64,000 nt of DNA from Saccharofermentans sp. (GTDB lineage: Bacteria > Bacillota > Clostridia > Saccharofermentanales > Saccharofermentanaceae): NCBI GenBank assembly GCA_016288885.1, contig JAEFAV010000005.1, positions 81,691-145,690 of the forward strand. The letters run 5' to 3'. The position numbers were made by a program, and so were the translations under genes. This document shows positions 49,391 through 59,200 of this stretch, in pieces (within the stretch, counting starts at the first letter, position 1; each line of letters begins with the position of its first letter). The notes beneath the pieces were generated by a model. That model saw nothing but the letters and a program-made list of their open reading frames with translations. It was not told the origin of the DNA and did not search any database.

Positions 49391-51345
49391 CAGAGGTCTC
49401 CAATCTTATTTCTCAAAGACATTTTATAATCTGAAAGGCTTCTTAATCTGCCGTTGATCTTTTCCTTTTCATCGGGTCCTGCATTCACAAGCTTATTCAT
49501 CAGCATCTCTTCTTCGAGTCTGATCCTTGATTCCCTAACTTTAAAGAGCAAAGCAAGGTACATATCCCTTTTTACCCTGACGTCAGGACTTTTATCTGCA
49601 GCCTCAACTGCCCTAAACATAATGTCTTCGGCAGGCTGTCCGTTAATAGTCAGTCTGGAAAAATAATCGCTCATTCTAGCGTATAAGGTCTCATCCCTGC
49701 CGTCAAAAATATTAAGGAAGATCCTAACGAGTTCTCTTAATGTGTCGCCAGAGAAATCATCAGGTCTGATGACATTTTTCGTATCAAAATGTTTTTTATC
49801 TGCAAGGGCACTTCCAAGAGACAATGCATATGCAAACAGATCGATCTCTTCTTTAGTGGCAGTATCTATAACTTTCCTGAAAACCGGCTTTTCAGAGACA
49901 ACTTCCTCCGGCATTGAATCATCTTTTGCAGTTGCGAATTCTTCAGAAACATTTCTGTGATCAAGGTTTTCCCTTCTCTCACGATCAAGGGTCCTTGAAT
50001 TAACCTGTGACTGTTTTTTATCTTCTATCTGTCTGAATCTTATCATCTGACTCATGACAGCCTGCTGGGTAGCACCGAGAAACGGCGCAGAGGCTCCTGC
50101 CATTCTGCTCATCTTGATCTCATCATTCATCCAGGAACCGTAAACACAGATATCCTGCTGGTATCTTCCGCGGTCAAGCTCACCTGTCACCGGATCGGTA
50201 TTATCATTCTTTGCCCTCTCGAGCAGATAATCTTCAACATAAAGAGCATTCCGGACGACTTCGCTGAATTTGTCAGCTCCGTTCACCCTGATAAATTCAT
50301 CGGGATCTTTTCCGTCAGGCACCTTGGCGATCTTTATCCTGATATTTATGCCGGTAAGCTTGTTTAAGTATTCCATCATCATCTTGACGGCTCTTAAAGC
50401 TGCTTTCTGTCCGGCATTATCAGCATCGAAAAAGAAAACAACTTCTTCTGCATACCTTGCGCAGAGCTTTAACTGGCTGTCCGTAAAGGACGTTCCCAAT
50501 GCAGCGACCGTGTTCTTAAATCCTGCGGCATGCATAGCGATGGCATCCATATAACCTTCAACGACAATGAGCTGTTTGGATTGTTCTTTCCTCGCGAAGT
50601 TCATCGCATAAAGATGATTCTGTTTGTTATAGACAATCGAATCAGGTGAATTGATATACTTGGGCTTCTCATCACCCAATGCTCTTCCGCCGAAAGCAAT
50701 TATCGTTCCGAAGGAATCAAATATAGGAAACATCAGTCTTCCGCGGAAAAGATCATAAGGTTTATTGGTTTTCGATGATACGGCAAAGATTCCTGATTTA
50801 AGAAGCTCATCGTCTTTATAACCTTTTGAATTCAAAAGATCATAAAGTGCTGTCCAGTTTATCGGAGAATAACCTATTCCGAAATTATCCAGCGTCTGTT
50901 TGGAAAGTCCTCTTCGGGCAGCATAATCCCTTGCTGGCTTTCCTATTACGGGATCGTTAAAAGACTTATAGTAGAATTTGGCGGCTTCTTTAAGTATATC
51001 CTTGACCCTGTTCTTTTCTTCCTTCTGAACACTGTCACCGGAATAACCGGTCTCGGGAACTTCGACTCCGTAAATGCCGGCAAGATGCCTTATAGCCTCA
51101 GGATAATTAAGGTGCTCTATCTCCATGATGAAATTAATGGCATTTCCGCCTTTCCCGCACCCGAAGCATTTAAAAATGCCTTTCGCAGGATTTACGGAAA
51201 ACGAAGGTGTCTTTTCCGAATGGAAAGGACAAAGCCCCCAGAGATTAGAGCCCTGGCGTTTTAACAGGACATACCTGCTTACTACTGATTCAATGTCAGC
51301 TCTCGTAAGCACTTCATCGATAACGTTATCAGGTATCAGTCCCAT
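49390..51345 (-). CDS. dnaG: DNA primase
   Basis: CPFHSEKTPSF...CFGC Zn finger, KYINSP, EGYMD, FDADNAG, KDPDE. Confidence 0.97.
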   Translation of the reverse strand: MGLIPDNVIDEVLTRADIESVVSRYVLLKRQGSNLWGLCPFHSEKTPSFSVNPAKGIFKCFGCGKGGNAINFIMEIEHLNYPEAIRHLAGIYGVEVPETGYSGDSVQKEEKNRVKDILKEAAKFYYKSFNDPVIGKPARDYAARRGLSKQTLDNFGIGYSPINWTALYDLLNSKGYKDDELLKSGIFAVSSKTNKPYDLFRGRLMFPIFDSFGTIIAFGGRALGDEKPKYINSPDSIVYNKQNHLYAMNFARKEQSKQLIVVEGYMDAIAMHAAGFKNTVAALGTSFTDSQLKLCARYAEEVVFFFDADNAGQKAALRAVKMMMEYLNKLTGINIRIKIAKVPDGKDPDEFIRVNGADKFSEVVRNALYVEDYLLERAKNDNTDPVTGELDRGRYQQDICVYGSWMNDEIKMSRMAGASAPFLGATQQAVMSQMIRFRQIEDKKQSQVNSRTLDRERRENLDHRNVSEEFATAKDDSMPEEVVSEKPVFRKVIDTATKEEIDLFAYALSLGSALADKKHFDTKNVIRPDDFSGDTLRELVRIFLNIFDGRDETLYARMSDYFSRLTINGQPAEDIMFRAVEAADKSPDVRVKRDMYLALLFKVRESRIRLEEEMLMNKLVNAGPDEKEKINGRLRSLSDYKMSLRNKIGDL

Positions 51346-51363
51346 GTTAACCTCAGATAATTT

Positions 51364-51389
51364 AAAAGGCCCGGCTGATCATCCGGGCC
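51364..51389 (-). terminator. Intrinsic terminator after yajC
   Basis: GGCCCGG/CCGGGCC stem followed by TTTT on the minus strand. Confidence 0.7.
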
Positions 51390-51415
51390 AGAATAAAAAG
51401 CCGATCATAAAGGAA

Positions 51416-51829
51416 TCATTCTTCCTTATCTTTCTTTTCCTTCTTCTTTCCGAACAATCCGGCAGGCTTCTCAGGCTCCTCTGACTTCTTTATGGATCCG
51501 TCAGGATTGAGCTGGTCACGCTTTACTATTGATTGTATTGCACTCTTCGTAAATGTGACAAGTGTATTTGCTGCAGAAGTAGAGATTGTAACCTGATCAT
51601 CCTTGATATTGGCCACAAAACCTACAAGACCGCCAATGGTAACAACTCTGTCACCTACGGAAAGCTTACTCATCTGCTCTTTAAGTTCTTTATCCTTCTT
51701 ACGCTGTGGTCTTATAAGGATAAAATAAAAGACGACGAACATTAAAACGAGGAGAGCCATCGAAGCGATGGATCCCATCATCTCTCCGCTTCCGCCAAAA
51801 ATACTTTCTGCATCAGAATAATTGAACAT
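51416..51829 (-). CDS. yajC: Preprotein translocase subunit YajC
   Basis: FYFILIRPQRKK, GDRVVTIGGLVG. Confidence 0.93.
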   Translation of the reverse strand: MFNYSDAESIFGGSGEMMGSIASMALLVLMFVVFYFILIRPQRKKDKELKEQMSKLSVGDRVVTIGGLVGFVANIKDDQVTISTSAANTLVTFTKSAIQSIVKRDQLNPDGSIKKSEEPEKPAGLFGKKKEKKDKEE

Positions 51830-51847
51830 TTATATTTCCTCCAAAAA

Positions 51848-52615
51848 TTATTCTTCAATATATTGAGCTATCACATCAGACATCGTGAAATAGCCTTTTT
51901 CCTTACCCGACATGAACTTGGCAGCGGTAAGAGCGCCCTTGGCAAAAACGTCCCTTGTCTGAGCGCTGTGACTGATGGTAAGGATCTCTTCATCGCTTAT
52001 GAACATAGCAGAATGTTCTCCGACGATATTACCGCCTCTGATCGAAGAGATACCGATCTCATTCTTGGATCTTGCCTTGTTAACACTGTGTCTGTCATAT
52101 ACATACTCGACATTGTCAGGAATCTCCTGATCAATGGCGGAAGCGATCATCATAGCTGTTCCCGAAGGCGCATCGAGCTTTCTGTTGTGGTGTGCTTCAA
52201 CGATCTCAATATCAAAATCAGGATAAAGGATCCTTGTAGCCTGCTTTGCGAGCTCTATCATCATGTTGATGCCAAGGCTCATGTTAGCAGACTTAAAGAC
52301 AGCGATCTTTTCGGAAGCATCAAGAAGGCTGGAGACAGTCTCATCTGAAAGAGCAGTCGTGCAGCAGATAAAAGGCTTCTTGCGGTTTAATGCAAATTCA
52401 AGAACACCGGGAACTGCTTTCGCATTCGAAAAATCGATTATAACGTCAAAATCTTCAGTACACTCATTAAGGCTCGTATATACAGGGAAATCATAATTTG
52501 CATTCTCGATAATATCTCCGCCTGCTACGATCTTATAATCAGGGTTGTTAAAACAGAGATTGGCAATGGCTTTTCCCATTCTGCCGCAACAACCGTTAAG
52601 AAAAATATTAACCAT
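51848..52615 (-). CDS. dapB: 4-hydroxy-tetrahydrodipicolinate reductase
   Basis: GCCGRMG, EAHHNRKLDAPSGTA. Confidence 0.96.
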   Translation of the reverse strand: MVNIFLNGCCGRMGKAIANLCFNNPDYKIVAGGDIIENANYDFPVYTSLNECTEDFDVIIDFSNAKAVPGVLEFALNRKKPFICCTTALSDETVSSLLDASEKIAVFKSANMSLGINMMIELAKQATRILYPDFDIEIVEAHHNRKLDAPSGTAMMIASAIDQEIPDNVEYVYDRHSVNKARSKNEIGISSIRGGNIVGEHSAMFISDEEILTISHSAQTRDVFAKGALTAAKFMSGKEKGYFTMSDVIAQYIEE

Positions 52616-52637
52616 TCATATCTCCTGTTCCGGCTCT

Positions 52638-53546
52638 TTATCTTGCAAGAAAGTCAGCCATGGCAGATGTGTCATACTGAGCGAGGACTTCAACCATCTT
52701 ATCGTGGTTAGCCTTGCTCATCTCGCAAAGAGGAAGTCTGCAGTTACCTGCATTCCATCCGAGGATATTCATTGCTTCTTTTACGGGAATGGGATTAACT
52801 TCGCAGAACATGGCCTTAACAAGAGGAATGAACCTGATCTGAGTATTCTTAGCAGACTCAATATCACCGTTAAGATAATCATGGATCATCTTTGATGTCT
52901 CATTAGGAAGAACATTTGCAACAACGGAGATAACGCCCTTTGCACCAAGAGACAGCATGGGAACGGCAAGACCGTCCTCACCTGAATACAGAGCATATCT
53001 GTCACCGCAAAGGCTGTAGATCTCAGGAACCTGACCGAAGTTACATTCCTTTACACCGATGATATTCTCATAAACGGAAAGCCTCTTCAAAAGCTCAGGT
53101 CCGATGTTAACATTCGTTCTGGAAGGAACATTATAAAGAATGATCGGAAGTTCCGGAACAGCTTCAGCGATCTTTGCATAGTGACGGAAAAGACCTTCCT
53201 GTGTGCACTTGTTGTAATAAGGGGTAACGAGCAAAGCAGCATCAGCTCCGAGCTCATACGCTTTCTTGGTGAGTTCAACGCCGAAAGCAGTATCATTGGA
53301 TCCTGTTCCGGCAATGACCGGTACACGTCCTGCAACGGTATCTACAGCAAACTTAATGGCTGCGACATGTTCTTCTTCAGTCATGGTGGCAGCTTCGCCG
53401 GTAGAACCGCAGATTACGATGGAATCTATCTTCTGCTCTATCTGGAATTCGATAAGTCTCTTAAGTTCATCGAAATTAATTCCGCCGTCATCATAAAACG
53501 GAGTAACAATAGCAACACCGGCACCTTCAAAAACAGGCTTGGACAT
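52638..53546 (-). CDS. dapA: 4-hydroxy-tetrahydrodipicolinate synthase
   Basis: GSTGE, PYYN, YNVPSRT, GVKE, NPIPVK. Confidence 0.96.
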   Translation of the reverse strand: MSKPVFEGAGVAIVTPFYDDGGINFDELKRLIEFQIEQKIDSIVICGSTGEAATMTEEEHVAAIKFAVDTVAGRVPVIAGTGSNDTAFGVELTKKAYELGADAALLVTPYYNKCTQEGLFRHYAKIAEAVPELPIILYNVPSRTNVNIGPELLKRLSVYENIIGVKECNFGQVPEIYSLCGDRYALYSGEDGLAVPMLSLGAKGVISVVANVLPNETSKMIHDYLNGDIESAKNTQIRFIPLVKAMFCEVNPIPVKEAMNILGWNAGNCRLPLCEMSKANHDKMVEVLAQYDTSAMADFLAR

Positions 53547-53615
53547 ATAAATGCCTCCCTTAAAACATATTGCAAAAAACGAGTTTTCTAGCCTAAAACC
53601 GCATTCTGATAATGG

Positions 53616-53645
53616 ATTTTATCACCTATTATTTTTAATTGTCAA
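53616..53645 (-). promoter_or_regulatory. Sigma-A promoter of dapA-dapB-yajC
   Basis: TTGACA-N18-TAAAAT with TG extension on the minus strand. Confidence 0.75.
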
Positions 53646-53718
53646 TTTATACTTCTGGGGTGTACATATGTATTTCCACAGCGTACAATTTCTGCTTGTT
53701 TTAGATATAAAAGCCATT

Positions 53719-53906
53719 TTAACCTCTTTTCGAAATATATGTTTTTAGGTTAAGTTTTTCGGGAAATATTTAACGCAAATGTTTAAATATTGAATTCAGG
53801 TTAAGAAAAATGCAAAAAGCTTAACCTGATTTTCGAAAACAGAAATTCAAGTTAAGATTTTGTCTAAAATCTTAACCTTATTTTGCAAAAACAAAATTTG
53901 CGTTAA
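53719..53906. repeat. Array C: four 35-bp TTAAC-N25-GTTAA units, 16-bp spacers, 51-bp period; inverted relative of array A
   Basis: Units at 53719, 53770, 53821 and 53872. Confidence 0.92.
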
Positions 53907-53959
53907 AAACCGGTGTTCAATTAAAGAATTACCCGTGAAATCTCGAAGCAATCAACGAA

Positions 53960-56224
53960 TTATCCGTCCTGGGGGTCATTGTCGAACGACATCGGATACT
54001 TTGTGTGATCAAAATCGGCGATGAGTCTTTTAAACACGCCGTTGATAGCAGATTTATTGACTGCCTTGATAACAAAGGACATGCGGTACCTGCCGCGCAG
54101 CTCATAAATTACGCACGGAACGGGACCGTAGACCTCGAACTGGTACTTTTTATCCTGAAAGCCAAGAAACTCTTTAAGATACCTGTCCAATTCATTTGCT
54201 CTCTGTACCAGTTTATCTTCATCCGGCAAAGACAGAACTATCTCGCCGACAGCCTTAAACGGAGGAAGTCTGAGTTTTTGTCTGTACTCGATCTCCTGAT
54301 CGTAGAAAGCCCTGTAATTCTGAGTGCAGGCAAACTGGAACAAGGGCTGGTCCGGCCTGTAACTCTGGATAAACACTTTACCCGGTGCTTCTCCCCTTCC
54401 TGCCCTTCCGGCAGCCTGGGTAATTAGCTGGAATGCTCTTTCCGATGCCTTGAAAGATGAAGACGCAAGCATCAGGTCCGAACCAAGCACACCGACTACG
54501 GTAACATCGGGAAAATCCAGTCCCTTGGCTATCATCTGCGTACCGATAAGGATCGAAGCCTGCTTGTCTGCAAACTTTTCTATGATCTCTTTATGTGCGC
54601 CCGGAGTCATTGTAGAATCCTGATCCATCCTTAAGACTTTTTCGTGCGGATACAGTACATGCAAAAATTCTTCTAACTGCTGTGTGCCAAAACCTGCTTT
54701 GGTAAAATGATTACCGTTGCAGAAAGAACAACGGGCTTCATAGGATGGGATCGTATAACCGCAGTAATGACAGATCAGGCTTTGCGTGCCGTTGCGTCTG
54801 TTATTGTGAAGAGTCATGGGTACGGAACAATTCTTGCAGGTTACGGGTTCACCGCAGTCCTCACATATGAGAGTCCTGGAAAAACCGCGTCTGTTAAGTA
54901 GAAGGATGACCTGTTTGTTTTCGGAAAAAGCAACAGACATTGCCTGTCTCAAAGGAAGTGACAACATGTCACCTGCCCCGAGCTTAACCTGTTCTTTCAT
55001 ATCAACGGGGATTATCTCAGGGAGCCTTGCTTCCTGTCTCGCTCTTTCCTTTAGTTCAAGAAGCTTAAAAGCTCCCATCTGAGCAGCATAAAAACTCTCT
55101 ACCGAAGGAGTGGCAGAACCAAGTACAACACTGCATCCGGTAATCTTAGATCTCATCCTTGCTACGTCTCTTGCAGAATACCTCGGATGAGATTCAGCTT
55201 TATATGAACTGTCATGCTCCTCATCGAGGATTATGAGCCGTAAATTTACAGCAGGAGCAAAAACACCGCTTCGCGGGCCGACTATCACTCTTGCTTTTCC
55301 GGTCCTGATATTGTCCCATTGTTCATAACGCTGTTTGTCTGTCAGTCTGCTGTGCAGCACTGCGACACTGTCACCTAGTCTTCCCTTTATCCAATTTATA
55401 GTCTGGGGCGTAAGCGATATCTCGGGAACCATGTATATCACGCTTCCGCCTTCAGAAATGACCTTCTTTGCAATGTTCAGATATACTTCCGTTTTACCGC
55501 TTCCTGTTATTCCGAATAACAGATATGTATTATCCTTTTTCCCGACTATGCCTTTTATGATCTCATTAACTGCATTTTTCTGCTCATCACTGAGATCATA
55601 TTCTTCAGTAAATTTTCCTTCAGGAACATCATTAATGACGTTCATCTGAGGCACTTCAAGATCAGAAGATTCTTTGGTAAGAACTACAAGCCCTTTATCT
55701 TCCAAAGCTTTAACCTGTGCAGTGGAACAGGAAAGATTTGCCATGAGTTCTTTTCTGGTACACTTTCCGCGCTCTAAAAGATACTCCAGTATATTAATAT
55801 GCGAAATCGCTTTTAATTTTTCGCTTTCCAATACTTCCGTAGCTTTCTGTTCAGATACAAGCTGGACAAAAACCTCAACCGGATTCTTGTGATTGATCAC
55901 ACAGGAAGGCACCATCAATTCGACAACGTCACCTTTTGTGCAATTAAATCTGTCACTTATCTTGTCGATGAGCGCAATCTGATCAGGATTAAGCACCGGA
56001 CGGCCTGAGACGACTGAACTTATGTCTTTGACGATATCAGGATCACCATCAAAACCGACATCAAGCTCAATTACTACAGCATACCTTTGAGAATTACTGA
56101 GACCTAAAGGCACGGTTACCAGAGAACCCGGAAGCACTGAAGCAGCCAGTTCTTCAGGGATCCGGTAAGTAAACGGCCGGTCAATCTGCTTTGTAGCACC
56201 TCTCAGGATAACGCTGCAATACAT
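53960..56224 (-). CDS. priA: Primosomal protein N'
   Basis: GITGSGKTEVY, DEEH, SATPS, NRRG, four CxxC pairs, GTQMIAKGLDF, GRAGR. Confidence 0.97.
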   Translation of the reverse strand: MYCSVILRGATKQIDRPFTYRIPEELAASVLPGSLVTVPLGLSNSQRYAVVIELDVGFDGDPDIVKDISSVVSGRPVLNPDQIALIDKISDRFNCTKGDVVELMVPSCVINHKNPVEVFVQLVSEQKATEVLESEKLKAISHINILEYLLERGKCTRKELMANLSCSTAQVKALEDKGLVVLTKESSDLEVPQMNVINDVPEGKFTEEYDLSDEQKNAVNEIIKGIVGKKDNTYLLFGITGSGKTEVYLNIAKKVISEGGSVIYMVPEISLTPQTINWIKGRLGDSVAVLHSRLTDKQRYEQWDNIRTGKARVIVGPRSGVFAPAVNLRLIILDEEHDSSYKAESHPRYSARDVARMRSKITGCSVVLGSATPSVESFYAAQMGAFKLLELKERARQEARLPEIIPVDMKEQVKLGAGDMLSLPLRQAMSVAFSENKQVILLLNRRGFSRTLICEDCGEPVTCKNCSVPMTLHNNRRNGTQSLICHYCGYTIPSYEARCSFCNGNHFTKAGFGTQQLEEFLHVLYPHEKVLRMDQDSTMTPGAHKEIIEKFADKQASILIGTQMIAKGLDFPDVTVVGVLGSDLMLASSSFKASERAFQLITQAAGRAGRGEAPGKVFIQSYRPDQPLFQFACTQNYRAFYDQEIEYRQKLRLPPFKAVGEIVLSLPDEDKLVQRANELDRYLKEFLGFQDKKYQFEVYGPVPCVIYELRGRYRMSFVIKAVNKSAINGVFKRLIADFDHTKYPMSFDNDPQDG

Positions 56225-56237
56225 CTATAGATAATCC

Positions 56238-59200
56238 TCACAAAAGATCGAAAAAGTTGATCTGAGCACTCTCGGGAAGATCATCAAGGATGCCGCCGTA
56301 ATCAATAAGTTTCTGGGTAACAGACTGACCGACACCAGTTCTCTTCATGAAGTCGTCACGGTTCTTAAATTCGCCTTCTTTTCTGGCGTTCTCTATATCC
56401 AATCCGTTTGCTTCAGATACGCCTGCAATAGCGCAGAACGGCGGCCTGATCAGTTTGTCACCGGCTTTGGTAAACTTCTTGCCTAAAGAATCGTTAAGCG
56501 TGATGGGCGCAAATTTTATTCCTCTGGCGTACATCTCTTCAACAAGCTCATAGAAATAGTATTTGAGCTTTGTATTCGGGTCACCCTTGGCATGCATTTC
56601 ATCAGCGAGTTCTATTCTTCTCTTCTTCACCTTTTCAGGACCGTTGCACATATCTTCTGCATTAAACAATCCTTCACCTCTGTGAGTAAAGAATGAGCAA
56701 TAATATTCTTCAGGATAGTAGACCTTGAACCAGGCAACACGGAGAGTTGAGATAGAATATGCGGCAGCATGTGCTTTAGGGAACATGTACTTTATCTTCT
56801 GACATGATTCTATATACCAGTCAGGCACACCGCATTTCTTCATCTCTTCAACATACTCAGGCCACTTCTCAACCTTGCCTGCAGCAACCTTACCTTTACG
56901 GACTCCTTCCATGATGTCAAAAGCATCCTTATTGGGAAGGCCCCAGTAAATAAGGCTTGTCATAATGGAGTCACGGCATCCGATTACGGAATTAAGGTCG
57001 CATGTACCCGCTCTGATAAGATCCTGGGCATTTCCCGTCCATACGTCAGTACCATGTGAAAGACCCATGAGCTGGACGAGGTCGTAGAACCTTGTAGGTT
57101 TTGTCTCTTTGATCATGCCTCTAGCCATGTTGGTGCCAAGCTCTGAAAGTCCCAAAGTAGCTGAACCGGCATCGGTAGCTTCAATCGGGAATCCCAAAGC
57201 ATCTGTACTTACAAGAAGACTCATTACCTTCTCATCAGGAATCGGAATATCAGTAATGTTTACTCCTGTAATATCACTTAACATTCTTAATACCGTAGGA
57301 TCGGCATGGCCTAAGATATCAAGTTTAAGGATGGTATCATGCATCGCACGGAAGTCAAAGTGCGTTGTAATGATTCCGCAGTCAGTCTTATTAGCCGGGA
57401 ACTGGATAGGCGTAAATTCATAGATATCCATTTCCTTTGCAATAACAACGATGCCACCGGGATGCTGGGACGTTGTTCTCTTTACGCCGATGATATCCCT
57501 TGCCATGAAAGCAAGGTGAGCCTGCGTAAACGGTTCACCCTTCTCTTCGCAGATCTTACGGCATACGCCGTATGCGTTCTTATCCTGATAAGCGCCAATC
57601 GTTCCGGCCTTGAAAGTATGCGTGCCTCCAAAAAGAACGCCAACATACGAATGCGCTCTCGGCTGATATTCACCAGAGAAGTTCAGATCGATATCGGGCT
57701 GCTTATCGCCCTTAAATCCGAGGAATGTTTCGAAAGGAATATCCTGTCCGTCCGGGATCAGCTTCTCACCGCACTCGGGACAGGTCTTGGGAGGCAGGTC
57801 GTAACCAGATCCGTACACACCGGTGTTATCAAACTCGGCATAGTTACACTTCGGACATCTGTAATGCGGAGGCAGAGGATTAACTTCAGAAATACCACAC
57901 ATGGTAGCGGCAAATGAAGAACCTACTGAACCTCTGGAACCTACAACGTATCCGTCATTATTGGACTTCTTAACGAGTCTGTATGCGATATAGTACATGA
58001 TCGCATAACCGTTACCGATAATGGATGCAAGTTCCCTGTCGAGCCTTGCCTTAACAACTTCATTAAGCACACCGTTATGACGGTACATACGGTTTGCTTT
58101 TGTATAAGCGATATCTCTTACATCGGCAGCAGCTCTGGCAATCTGCGGAGGATAAGATCCGTCAGGGAACGGCTTGATACCGAAGTCTATCATGTCAGCA
58201 ATCATGTTGGTGTTATCTACAACAACTTCCATCGCCTTTTCTTCGCCAAGATACTTAAACTCATCAAGCATCTCGTCAGTCGTTCTGAAATACAGGTCAC
58301 TCTGCATCTCAGCATCGCTAAAGCCCATGCTCATGCACATGTACTTTCTATAGCGCCCGTCTTCCTTATTTAGGAAATGAGAGTCCGTCGTAGCACAAAC
58401 CGGCATGTTGTGATCGTCTGCCGTCTCTACAAGCAGTTCATTGATAATCCTTACGTCATCTTCATTAAGCGGAACCTGACCGCCTTCATATTTTTCAGGA
58501 TCCTGCCTTGTTAAGAACAGATTGTTGCAGAGAGGCTGAATCTCTACATAGTCGTACAGGCTTAAGATCTTAGCAAACTCTTCAGAATCTTTCAGGCAGT
58601 CTCTTGTTGCCTGTCTGTCCTTATTAAATGCTCTGTATTTCTTTAAAACAAATCTGAAGATCTCACCGGCCTCGCAGGCACCGCCGACGATTATGCCGGA
58701 CTTGAAATACTTAAGTAAACTCTTGGGCGTTCTGGGTCTCCTCGAATAATAATGAATCTGTGATTCAGAGACAATGCGGTAAAGGTTATAAAGGCCCATA
58801 TTCGAACGCACAAGATAAATGATGTGATACATCGGCGTTATCGGAAATTTGTGTGCGTCCTTTTCGTTTGACTTAACCCGTTCCGGAGTAAAGTGCCCGA
58901 CTTTATAGTTGATATCAAGAGCGCTTACAGTACCTGCATCCTTAAGGCAGGAAACAAGCAAAGATGCAGACTTATAACAAGAAGCAAGCATCTCATCGTA
59001 ACCGCTGCCGTCAGGAGCATAATTAAACAACACACCCTTACTGTTCAAAGCTTCATCGACACTCTTGAATTCACCCTTATAGAATGTCTCGAGAATATCT
59101 TCATCTGAAGTGGCAGGCATAAGGAACTTATGTCTGTAGTACTTGTGATCTTCAATATTTATTCCGTAACCCGCGCGGCGTAAGAAAGCAAGAGTCGTAA

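Noticed and set aside
53717-53908. Integron attC-like ends (RYYYAAC...GTTRRRY)
   Set aside because: Units are shorter than attC sites, lack extended internal pairing, do not flank gene cassettes, and no integrase is present
53547-53959. Lysine riboswitch upstream of dapA, and ORF 53551-53748
   Set aside because: The promoter lies only about 70 bp from the start and the region is AT-rich with no L-box core; the ORF has no support
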